DNA from: an uncultured archaeon
Lineage (GTDB): Archaea; Iainarchaeota; Iainarchaeia; Iainarchaeales; Iainarchaeaceae
NCBI GenBank assembly: GCA_964394025.1
Contig: CAYMWD010000001.1
Coordinates: forward strand, 1-24,972
Length of the DNA: 24,972 nt
Direction of reading: 5' to 3'
Part shown: positions 1 through 7,415 of the stretch, in pieces
How the letters are laid out: every line of letters begins with the position of its first letter
Position numbering within the stretch: the stretch's first letter is position 1
Position numbers and translations under genes: made by a program
Notes under the pieces: generated by a model
Told to the model about the DNA's origin: nothing
Database searches by the model: none
What the model saw: the letters and a program-made list of their open reading frames with translations, nothing else

Positions 1-660
1 GTTGAAGTTGGAATTGCTTACGGTGGAAATGCTGGAAGAGGCTCAGTTACAAATTCTGACGGCATGCCTGAAAAAAAAATGGAAATAATGCGATTTGCAA
101 ATCGTGCACCTCTTCTATTTGATACAGGCGGATGTGCTATTTCAAAAGCAGTACAATCAATTGATTGGAAAAGATACGGAATAAAAGATTATGAAAACGC
201 GCCAATCACTGTTTTTGTAAATTTGATTTCTGTGCATATCCCTTACACAAGTGCAGGAAAACAAGCAATCAGTGATGAAGATGAAATAATGGAAGAAGTT
301 AGACTTTCATTAATGGATTCTGGGCGAAAAGCAGGAGCATATATTGCAGGAAAAAAACGCGAACAGGATAGAAAAATGAAACGTGAATTATTCTACAAAT
401 ATATTCCTGAAATTGCAGCAGCACTTGAAAAAATAAATAAAATTTCTGCAAAAAAAATTGAAAAAGACATGAGTAAAATCGTTCTTGAAAAACTTAAGCT
501 TGATGATTTAGATGATGAAGCTGAAAATATAAAAGATGAAATAAAAGAAGTTTCAGAAGATACAAAAAAGAACGAGAAAAAAAGAAAAACCAAAAAAGCA
601 GAACAAGAGGAAGAAGCCAAAAATGAATCCGAAGAAGAAGAAACAGAGGAGGGGAACTAA
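1..660 (+). CDS. top6B: DNA topoisomerase VI subunit B, C-terminal part (5'-truncated by window edge)
   Basis: Frame 1 is open from base 1 and reads VEVGIAYGG...IMRFANRAPLLFDTGGCAI...WKRYG...FVNLISVHIPYTSAGKQAI, the Top6B transducer-region motifs. It directly abuts top6A and ends in an E/K-rich tail. Confidence 0.95.
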   Translation, partial: VEVGIAYGGNAGRGSVTNSDGMPEKKMEIMRFANRAPLLFDTGGCAISKAVQSIDWKRYGIKDYENAPITVFVNLISVHIPYTSAGKQAISDEDEIMEEVRLSLMDSGRKAGAYIAGKKREQDRKMKRELFYKYIPEIAAALEKINKISAKKIEKDMSKIVLEKLKLDDLDDEAENIKDEIKEVSEDTKKNEKKRKTKKAEQEEEAKNESEEEETEEGN

Positions 661-1809
661 ATGACAAAAGAAAAAATAATAAATAAAAAAACAAAGAAAA
701 ATGACAAAGAATCTAAGAGCCCTTCTGACATAGCCAAAGATATTGAAGTAATGTCGGGAAGAATAGTGAAGGATATTGAAAACCACGAAGACCCTACCTT
801 TACAACCCAACAAAGAGGAAGAAATAATGTTGAGTTTGATGAAAAAAATGGACTTCTTATGCTCGGGGATAAAATAACTTCAAGAAATTTCCTAAACATA
901 GGGCATGCTAAAAAGTTCATGCAGACAATGATGGTCACTGCAAAAACACATGACTATTTGAAACAAAACAAAACAGCTTCAATCAGAGAAGTTTACTACG
1001 AACTTAAACACACACTAGGAAAAACAAAAGAAAATACATTTGAAGACCAGACAGAAAGTGATTCATGCATAGTTGATCTTGAACATTCAATAGATACTAT
1101 TCGTGAAAAACTTAATCTTCACGCTAATCCAAAAGGAACTCTTTATGGAGACATAACGCTTATGGATAAAAAACACCATAACGACACTTTCAATGCACTA
1201 AAACTTGGAAGAGGCGGATGGAGCATCATGTCAAGATTAGAGCCGGAGGAAATTGAAATCAAAAGCGTAAATGCTAACTATATTCTTGTAATTGAAACTG
1301 AAGCAATGTATGAAAGACTTGTAGAGGAAGGATTTGCAAGAAAACACAAAGCAATACTTATCAGCACAGGAGGACAGGCTGCAAGGGGCACAAGAAGACT
1401 TATACACAGAATTCACAAAGAAGCAAAACTTCCAGTGTATATGTTTACTGATGGAGACCCTTATGGCTGGTATATTTATAGTGTTGTGAAACAGGGCTCA
1501 ATGGCTCTTGCAGCACACTCAAATTACCTTGCTGTTCCTGATGCAAAATACATCGGAATGACTTTGGAAGATGTTGAAGAATTCGGTCTTGAGAACGTGA
1601 CTGAAAAAATGAAAGAAGGAGACATAAAAAGAGCAAAAGAAATGATGGATTATCCATGGTTCCAGAATAAGGAATGGCAGGCTGAACTGAAAAAAGCACT
1701 GCAGAAAAAAATCAGGATAGAACAGCAGGCTCTTGCAAACAAATCGCTTTCATTTGTAGCAGAAGAATATTTGCCAAAGAAAATTAAAAATAAAGAGTTC
1801 CTGCCTTAA
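661..1809 (+). CDS. top6A: DNA topoisomerase VI subunit A
   Basis: Catalytic-Tyr motif IREVYY; toprim motifs LVIETEAMYERL and TDGDPYG; C-terminal RIEQQAL. ATG immediately follows the top6B stop, with GGAGG upstream. Confidence 0.97.
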   Translation: MTKEKIINKKTKKNDKESKSPSDIAKDIEVMSGRIVKDIENHEDPTFTTQQRGRNNVEFDEKNGLLMLGDKITSRNFLNIGHAKKFMQTMMVTAKTHDYLKQNKTASIREVYYELKHTLGKTKENTFEDQTESDSCIVDLEHSIDTIREKLNLHANPKGTLYGDITLMDKKHHNDTFNALKLGRGGWSIMSRLEPEEIEIKSVNANYILVIETEAMYERLVEEGFARKHKAILISTGGQAARGTRRLIHRIHKEAKLPVYMFTDGDPYGWYIYSVVKQGSMALAAHSNYLAVPDAKYIGMTLEDVEEFGLENVTEKMKEGDIKRAKEMMDYPWFQNKEWQAELKKALQKKIRIEQQALANKSLSFVAEEYLPKKIKNKEFLP

Positions 1810-1837
1810 AGCAGGAACTAATTTTAATTTCTTCTTA
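1797..1837 (+). terminator. Putative terminator: hairpin plus T-rich tract at the end of top6A
   Basis: Perfect 8-bp inverted repeat GTTCCTGC-cttaaa-GCAGGAAC (1797-1818) with the top6A stop in the loop, followed by TAATTTTAATTTCTTCTT. Confidence 0.45.
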
Positions 1838-1851
1838 CATTATCCATAAGT

Positions 1852-2763
1852 ATGAAAAAAGAAGATGCACCTGATTTTGACGAAGAAATGCTTAACCAAT
1901 TAGTTAAAGAAGCAAGGTTAGATCAAAACAAAAAAGAGACAGGGAAAGAAAATACCGCCTTTGAAAAAATTGATTCTGCGAATAATGAAAAATTTGATGT
2001 TGAAAAATTAAAAGATATTGTGCTTAAAGCTGAAGAAAAAAATAAAGAACACGAATTCTGGAAAAAAGAAGAGAAAAAAATAATCCCTCAAAAGCAAAAT
2101 AAAAAAATTACTCTTATTGCAGGAAGCGCAATAGCTATTGCTATTATCCTTTTTATTTTAGGAATCATTATTGCAGGTGCCTTTTTCTTTTTATCTCAAA
2201 ATTCAGACCAAACCAATAATCAGAATACAAATACACTTTCATACCCTGAACCTTACACTGAAGGGTCAAATAAATGCCCTGAAGAATACGGCTGTTGTGT
2301 TGATTCAGAACATGAATTAAAAAAATGCCCAGCATACCAAGAATGTGTAAATCACACTTGCGAAATACAGGAATGCCCTTCAGAATGCTGCACATACGGA
2401 AGATACCTAAGAAAAGAATGTTCAACAGGACTTGTATGTGAAAAGTTTGAATGTGTAAAACCAGATTGTACAAAAGAATGCTGCAATTCTAATGAAAATG
2501 AAAAAGAAAAAAAATGCACAAACAATCTTATGTGCGTAAATAACAAATGTGAAGAAAGAGAATGCACTACTGAATGTTGTGATAGTAAAGAAGGATATAA
2601 AGATAAGTTGTGCGAAGGTGAACTCACCTGCAATAATGGGGTTTGTGAAAAGCAAGAATGCCCTGCAAGATGCTGTATGCCCAATGACCCGGATTATCTT
2701 GAAAAATCTTGCCCTTCGCACGAAAAATGCGTAGGCCGAGTATGTGTTGGAAGATTTATCTAG
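1852..2763 (+). CDS. Single-pass membrane protein with five Cys-rich repeats, function unknown
   Basis: Charged N-terminal region, hydrophobic segment ITLIAGSAIAIAIILFILGIIIAGAFFFL, Asn/Thr linker, then five repeats of C-x3(5)-CC-x9-11-C-x5-C-x4-C. Confidence 0.85.
   Translation: MKKEDAPDFDEEMLNQLVKEARLDQNKKETGKENTAFEKIDSANNEKFDVEKLKDIVLKAEEKNKEHEFWKKEEKKIIPQKQNKKITLIAGSAIAIAIILFILGIIIAGAFFFLSQNSDQTNNQNTNTLSYPEPYTEGSNKCPEEYGCCVDSEHELKKCPAYQECVNHTCEIQECPSECCTYGRYLRKECSTGLVCEKFECVKPDCTKECCNSNENEKEKKCTNNLMCVNNKCEERECTTECCDSKEGYKDKLCEGELTCNNGVCEKQECPARCCMPNDPDYLEKSCPSHEKCVGRVCVGRFI
2275..2745 (+). repeat. Five tandem 6-cysteine protein repeats (30 Cys)
   Basis: CPEEYGCCVDSEHELKKCPAYQECVNHTC / CPSECCTYGRYLRKECSTGLVCEKFEC / CTKECCNSNENEKEKKCTNNLMCVNNKC / CTTECCDSKEGYKDKLCEGELTCNNGVC / CPARCCMPNDPDYLEKSCPSHEKCVGRVC, each separated by 4-aa linkers. 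Confidence 0.9.
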
Positions 2764-3983
2764 TCTTTCTGAATTAATTCAAGAACTTCATCGCTTTTTC
2801 CTTCACTAAGCAAATCAAAAATTTTCTTAGCATCAAAAGCATTCTCAAAATCAGTTTCAGTTAAATTTTTTTCAAGAATTTCAAAACCCCTTGAAGCAAC
2901 AGAAAGTTTTGACTTTTGAATATCACGAAGTTCTGAAATTTTTCGCTTAAAAGAAGTGTTTGAAAAATTCTTTGAAATTGAAAAAATTACAGCATCTAAA
3001 AATCCAGCTGAAATTTCATTTATATTGATATCCCCTGAAGAAAGCCCTTTTTTAAGAGTGCCTTTAAGGTTAAGTCGAATTAAAGGTTTTATTTTATGTT
3101 CAAAATTCAAATCATTTTCAATTTCTTTTCTACACTTTTGAATTACTTCATCTATTGAAGCAGAATCAAATTTTAATCTATGATAAAACATTTTTCTCTG
3201 AAGCGGAAGTGCTTCAAAAGAAAGTTCTTTGGTTTTTGTTTCAAAAAAGAAAACACCTTTAGGTTTTTCGCATTCAAGTTTTTTTATTGAAGTTGCAATA
3301 GTTGAACCAGGAAGCAAAAATATTTGATTACCAAGTTTCTGTTCATTATTCCAATGAAGATGCCCATTAACCATAAGATCAAACCCTTTAGGCAAATCAT
3401 CAAGAGAAAGAGTTGCTACCATTTCATCAGAAATTGCCATAAATTCCTTGAATGTTTGGTGTAAAGCAAGAATATTCACTGAATTTAATTCAGGTTTAGG
3501 ATTCCAAAGTTGAAGAGCTTCAAGGGCTTTTTTTTCAGGAACCGCACCCAAACCATGAACAAAAACTTTTTCATCGTCTTTCTCAACACAAGCTTTTGCA
3601 GCATGAAAATAAACAACTAAACCAGAAAGCGAAAGAATATCCAAAGCAGTTTTGTTATCTTTTCCGGCAAACTCATGGTTGCCGTGAATAACAAGAACAG
3701 GCAATCCTTCACAATTAACATTTTTCAGTTCATTTTTTTTAGAAATTGAAATATTTACTTTTGAATTATTTTTTTTTGCAACTGCAAAACATTCAAGGCT
3801 TTTGTAAAGTTCATTATGAGAAGGAGAAGGAATATCAAAAATATCCCCGCACAAAAGAACAAAATCAACATTATTTTGTATACATAATTCAAGTGCTTGT
3901 TTTAAGTTTTCAAATGATTCTTCTTTTCGTTCTCCTTTAGAATCAAACCCTAAATGAGGGTCTGAAAATATCCCTACTTTCAT
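2760..3983 (-). CDS. mre11: DNA double-strand break repair nuclease Mre11 (SbcD family)
   Basis: Five phosphoesterase motifs DPHLG, GDIFD, GNHE, LHQ and GHLH, followed by a capping domain (KPLIRLNLKG). Confidence 0.9.
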   Translation of the reverse strand: MKVGIFSDPHLGFDSKGERKEESFENLKQALELCIQNNVDFVLLCGDIFDIPSPSHNELYKSLECFAVAKKNNSKVNISISKKNELKNVNCEGLPVLVIHGNHEFAGKDNKTALDILSLSGLVVYFHAAKACVEKDDEKVFVHGLGAVPEKKALEALQLWNPKPELNSVNILALHQTFKEFMAISDEMVATLSLDDLPKGFDLMVNGHLHWNNEQKLGNQIFLLPGSTIATSIKKLECEKPKGVFFFETKTKELSFEALPLQRKMFYHRLKFDSASIDEVIQKCRKEIENDLNFEHKIKPLIRLNLKGTLKKGLSSGDININEISAGFLDAVIFSISKNFSNTSFKRKISELRDIQKSKLSVASRGFEILEKNLTETDFENAFDAKKIFDLLSEGKSDEVLELIQKD

Positions 3984-4633
3984 TCAATTAGCCCCTTAAT
4001 TCTAGCTAAAGAAATTTCAGAAAAATCCCTTATAACTATATCTGCATGCGAAAAATCATGCATTTCAGTGTATTTACTTGGAATTGCTATTGCTTTCATT
4101 CCCGCTGATTTTATTGCATCAACTCCAAAAGTAGTGTCTTCAATCCCTATGCAATTTTTTGGTTTTTTTTTCATTATTTTTAATGCTTTAATATAAGCAT
4201 CAGGAAAAGGCTTGTGTTTCTGCACATCAGTGACAGTAATTATTGGTTCAAAGTATTCATTCCACTTAAACTTTTCAAGCACAAAAGAAATATTAGCTAA
4301 AGAATTTGAAGATGCAATAGCCATTGAAATTTCAGCAGCTTTAATTTCATTAAGAAAATTTTCAAGATTTTTGTTGGGTGTTATTGATTTTTTCATTTCT
4401 TCTCTTGCAACTGAGGAAACATCTTCTACAAATTTTTCAAGCGAAACTCCGAGAGAATATTTTTCATCAAGATAATCAAATTTTTGTTTAAAACGCATAC
4501 CAACTAAATGAGAAATGTCTTCATCAGTAATATCAGTGTGAATATTATGTAAATATTTTTTCATGTATTCAAAATAATATTTTGGGGTGTCTGCAAGCAC
4601 ACCGTCAAAATCAAATACAATCGCTTCAATCAT
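3980..4633 (-). CDS. HAD-superfamily phosphatase (subfamily IA variant 3; beta-PGM/YqaB/CbbY-like)
   Basis: Motif I FDFDGVLADT, motif II ASS, KPFPDAY and IEDTTFGVDAIKSAGM. ATG at 4633 preferred over TTG at 4636. Its stop overlaps the mre11 ATG (ATGA). Confidence 0.9.
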   Translation of the reverse strand: MIEAIVFDFDGVLADTPKYYFEYMKKYLHNIHTDITDEDISHLVGMRFKQKFDYLDEKYSLGVSLEKFVEDVSSVAREEMKKSITPNKNLENFLNEIKAAEISMAIASSNSLANISFVLEKFKWNEYFEPIITVTDVQKHKPFPDAYIKALKIMKKKPKNCIGIEDTTFGVDAIKSAGMKAIAIPSKYTEMHDFSHADIVIRDFSEISLARIKGLIE

Positions 4634-5276
4634 CAAACAAACCCCTTATTTTTTCAATTGAAATTTCTGCAAAAGAATCAACTATCAAATCAGCATCAAG
4701 CAAAAAATTTTTACCATAAGTATTTGTTATTGCTATTACTTTTGCACCTGCATCTTTTGCTGATGTTATCCCAAAAATAGAATCCTCTATTACAAGACAT
4801 TCATTTGATTTTACTCCTAAAAGTTGTGCAGTTTTAAGGTAACCTTCAGGCGAAGGTTTTCCCTCTTTTACATCTTCCGCCCCCACAATCACATTGAAAG
4901 ATTCAGACTCGCCGATTTCTTTTAGAATATACTCAACAAAACTTTTTCTTGAACTTGAACATACTGCAAGAGGATATTTTCCTTTCAGCTTAAAAAAAAA
5001 TTCAAAAAACCCAGGATAAGTTTTTATTCCGCGAGTTTTTTCAAAAAGCCAGTTGTACTTTTTATTAATCATTTTTTCTATTTCTGAATCGCTTTTTTTA
5101 GAAAAAATACTTTTGAATGCTTCGCTACTTTTCATTGAATCGTATTTTTTCATTTCTTCTTTGGAAATTTTTAATCCTGCTTTTGAAATCATCGATGCTG
5201 CAGCTTCTTGGTGCAAATCCATTGTATCAACAATAACTCCATCTAAATCGAAAATAATTGCTTTAAGTTTAGGCAT
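4626..5276 (-). CDS. HAD-superfamily phosphatase (subfamily IA variant 3), paralog of the adjacent gene
   Basis: Motif I FDLDGVIVDT, CSSS, KPSPEGY and IEDSIFGITSAKDAGA. Overlaps the next HAD gene by 8 nt. Confidence 0.9.
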   Translation of the reverse strand: MPKLKAIIFDLDGVIVDTMDLHQEAAASMISKAGLKISKEEMKKYDSMKSSEAFKSIFSKKSDSEIEKMINKKYNWLFEKTRGIKTYPGFFEFFFKLKGKYPLAVCSSSRKSFVEYILKEIGESESFNVIVGAEDVKEGKPSPEGYLKTAQLLGVKSNECLVIEDSIFGITSAKDAGAKVIAITNTYGKNFLLDADLIVDSFAEISIEKIRGLFDD

Positions 5277-5381
5277 AATAAAATCAGAACAAAAAAACAG
5301 TTAAATTGAAGTAAAAGTAAGCTCTATCAAACATCCTATAAGAATGAAGATAGCGCCTCTCTACTGCGTGAGAAGACGGCA

Positions 5382-5452
5382 AGCTGGGAGAGGGAATTGA
5401 ACCCCCCTAGCTCGCTCTGCAGGCGAGTACATAGCCTCTCTGTCATCCCAGC
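5382..5452 (-). tRNA. tRNA-Cys (anticodon GCA), intronless, CCA not encoded
   Basis: Minus strand reads GCTGGGA TG ACAGAGAGGCTATGT A CTCGC CTGCAGA GCGAG CTAG GGGGG TTCAATT CCCTC TCCCAGC T. 7-bp acceptor stem, 5-bp anticodon stem, T-loop TTCAATT and the U73 discriminator typical of Cys. Confidence 0.96.
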
Positions 5453-5531
5453 ACATTATTGCTTCAAATATATCAATAGATTTTATTAAATTAAAACAAT
5501 TTTTGTTTGTTTAAAATTAAAAAGGCTTTGT

Positions 5532-6533
5532 TTAGTCAACCTTGTTGATTTTTTTTCCTTTTGAAAAATCAGATATGTTTTTTATGGTAGTATCTAGTAT
5601 CCTGTATATTGCCTCAAAACTGTTGAATGCATTATGGGGCGTAATTAGAACGTTTTTTTGCTTAAGAAGAAGATGATTTTTCAGGATTGCTCTTAAATCA
5701 CATTCTTTTGAAAAATGCTCATCCAACACTTGTTTTTCTTCACGAATAAAACATTCCCCTTCTAAAACATCCAATCCAGCTGAACCAATAATGCCTTTTG
5801 AAAGCCCTTTTATTAGTGCATCTGTTTCAATTATTTCTCCGCGAGCAGTGTTAATTATCATACACCCTTTTTTTAGCAAAGTAAGAGTTTTAGAATTTAG
5901 CATGTGCTTAGTGCTTGGAAAAAGCGGAACATGAAAAGAAATTATATCTGAATTTTTGTAAAGATAATTTAATGCTACATTTTTGAACCCTAATTTTTTA
6001 GCAAGATTTTTATCAGGATTTTTTTCATAAACAAGAACATTCATTTCAAAGCCTTTTGCGATTCTTACAACATGCCTTCCAATATGACCACAACCAACAA
6101 TACCGATTGTTTTTTCTTTTAAATCAAATCCCTCTAACCCTTGTGCTGAAAAATCGGCTACTTTAGTTCGTTCATAGGAATAATGAATTTTTCTGGAAAG
6201 AGCAAGAATAAGAGCAAAAGTGTGTTCTGCAACAGTGTTTTCACCATAAGTGGGCACATTGGTTACTGTTATTTTTCTTTTTTTACATTCTTCCAAATCA
6301 ATGTGATTAAACCCAGTGGACATTGTAGTAACAAGTTTTAATTTAGGAAACAAATCAAGAATTTTTTTGCTTACTTTAGAATAAATAAATACCCCTATTA
6401 CTTCTGCATCTGAAACTTTTTTTGCAGAAGCTAGAGTTATTTCACCTTTGAAAAACGTGATTTTATGGCCTTTTAATTTTTCTTTTAAATAAGCTTGCTC
6501 ACGCTTAGCTGTTTCGAAAAAAGCAATTTTCAT
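5532..6533 (-). CDS. D-isomer-specific 2-hydroxyacid dehydrogenase (D-lactate dehydrogenase-like)
   Basis: STGFNHID, YGENTVAEH, Rossmann motif GIVGCGHIG, and catalytic triad motifs NTARG, DVLEGE and TPHNA. Substrate cannot be determined from sequence alone. Confidence 0.92.
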   Translation of the reverse strand: MKIAFFETAKREQAYLKEKLKGHKITFFKGEITLASAKKVSDAEVIGVFIYSKVSKKILDLFPKLKLVTTMSTGFNHIDLEECKKRKITVTNVPTYGENTVAEHTFALILALSRKIHYSYERTKVADFSAQGLEGFDLKEKTIGIVGCGHIGRHVVRIAKGFEMNVLVYEKNPDKNLAKKLGFKNVALNYLYKNSDIISFHVPLFPSTKHMLNSKTLTLLKKGCMIINTARGEIIETDALIKGLSKGIIGSAGLDVLEGECFIREEKQVLDEHFSKECDLRAILKNHLLLKQKNVLITPHNAFNSFEAIYRILDTTIKNISDFSKGKKINKVD

Positions 6534-6544
6534 TTTAAATCTAC

Positions 6545-6775
6545 TTATTTCTTTTTAGCTTTTCTTTTAACTGTTTTCTTTACAGCAGGTTTTTTCTTAG
6601 CTGGTTTCTTTTTAGCAGCAGGTTTTTTCTTTGCTACTGTTTTCTTCTTAGCTGCTGCTTTTTTCTTTACAGTTTTTTTCTTAGCTGGTTTTTCTTTTAC
6701 TTCTACTTTTGCTTTCTCAAGTTTAAGCCCTAATTTCTCAAGTGTTTTTCCTATACTCTTCAAATCAATAACCAT
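6545..6775 (-). CDS. Histone H1-like Lys/Ala/Pro-rich small basic protein (76 aa)
   Basis: MVIDLKSIGKTLEKLGLKLEKAKVEVKEKPAKKKTVKKKAAAKKKTVAKKKPAAKKKPAKKKPAVKKTVKRKAKKK, 33 of 76 residues Lys. Strong SD GAGGTGA (6786-6780) lies 4 nt before ATG 6775, so the ORF-track start at 6790 is unlikely. Confidence 0.8.
   Translation of the reverse strand: MVIDLKSIGKTLEKLGLKLEKAKVEVKEKPAKKKTVKKKAAAKKKTVAKKKPAAKKKPAKKKPAVKKTVKRKAKKK
6618..6686. repeat. Dispersed 69-nt repeat, copy A (copy B at 24903-24971)
   Basis: Manual ungapped alignment gives 63 of 69 identical nucleotides. Confidence 0.8.
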
Positions 6776-6779
6776 AAGG

Positions 6780-6786
6780 TCACCTC
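6780..6786 (-). promoter_or_regulatory. Shine-Dalgarno site of the H1-like gene
   Basis: GAGGTGA, matching the archaeal SD consensus (complement of the 16S rRNA 3' end). Confidence 0.7.
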
Positions 6787-6860
6787 GCATTAATTTAGAG
6801 AAATCACGCAGAACTAGTATTTAAAGTTAGTGTTATAAAGACTTGAAAGAGAATTAGTAT

Positions 6861-7406
6861 ATGAAAACTGCAGGCGGCAGAGGAATTTCAGGAATCTATT
6901 CTCGTAAACATGTTGGAAAAAATGTTCAAGAACTTGCTAAATTTGCTAGACAGGAATATTCACATGCACAGGCAAGAAATGAACACAGACAGATTCCAAA
7001 AGAAATAGCTCAGAGAAAGTGGATAAGTGCGGAACAGGCTGAAGAAATGGATAGAATAAGAAATCTTTTTAATAATCAGCTTAGAGGACAAAGAAATGAA
7101 TACCTTGCGCTTATTTTTACAGAAATTTTTATAGGAATAAAAGAAAAGAAAATACGTAACGCTCAAGGTATTTACAAGTATTTTTTTGACAGACTTACAG
7201 AAAAAGCAAAAACTGACGCTGAATTTGCAAAAATACTTATGCAAAGAAACAAAACAAACAACCTTATTCAGGCTACACAGGCAGAAGCAACAAGAACTTA
7301 CAATGTATTCAGAGGTGCTTTTAGAGAAGAAGCAAAATGGAACGAAGTAAAGGGAAGAATGCATAACATGTCAGAGCTTGAACTTGGACACAATCCTTTT
7401 GAATAG
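6861..7406 (+). CDS. Hypothetical basic, probably helical protein (181 aa)
   Basis: Fills the gap between the H1-like gene and rpl10e. TATA-like TTATAAAG about 26 nt upstream. No recognisable motif. Confidence 0.65.
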   Translation: MKTAGGRGISGIYSRKHVGKNVQELAKFARQEYSHAQARNEHRQIPKEIAQRKWISAEQAEEMDRIRNLFNNQLRGQRNEYLALIFTEIFIGIKEKKIRNAQGIYKYFFDRLTEKAKTDAEFAKILMQRNKTNNLIQATQAEATRTYNVFRGAFREEAKWNEVKGRMHNMSELELGHNPFE

Positions 7407-7415
7407 GGACTCGGA

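Noticed and set aside
64-660. ORF-track call of a separate 198-aa protein starting at MPEKK
   Set aside because: The frame is open to base 1 with the Top6B motif VEVGIAYGG, so this is the 3' part of top6B.
393-938. Minus-strand F/S/L-rich ORFs (393-620, 494-694, 553-813, 657-938) that look like membrane proteins
   Set aside because: Antisense shadows of the A-rich K/E codons of top6B and top6A.
2168-2734. Alternative-frame Cys/His-rich ORFs overlapping the Cys-rich gene
   Set aside because: Out-of-frame or antisense by-products; only the 1852-2763 frame gives the regular repeat register.
5382-5452. tRNA-Cys as an integration site for a genomic island
   Set aside because: No integrase and no duplicated tRNA 3' end (att site) anywhere in the window.
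6495-6824. Plus-strand 109-aa F/L/A-rich ORF resembling a membrane protein
   Set aside because: Reverse complement of the Lys/Ala repeat gene, which has the SD and promoter support.
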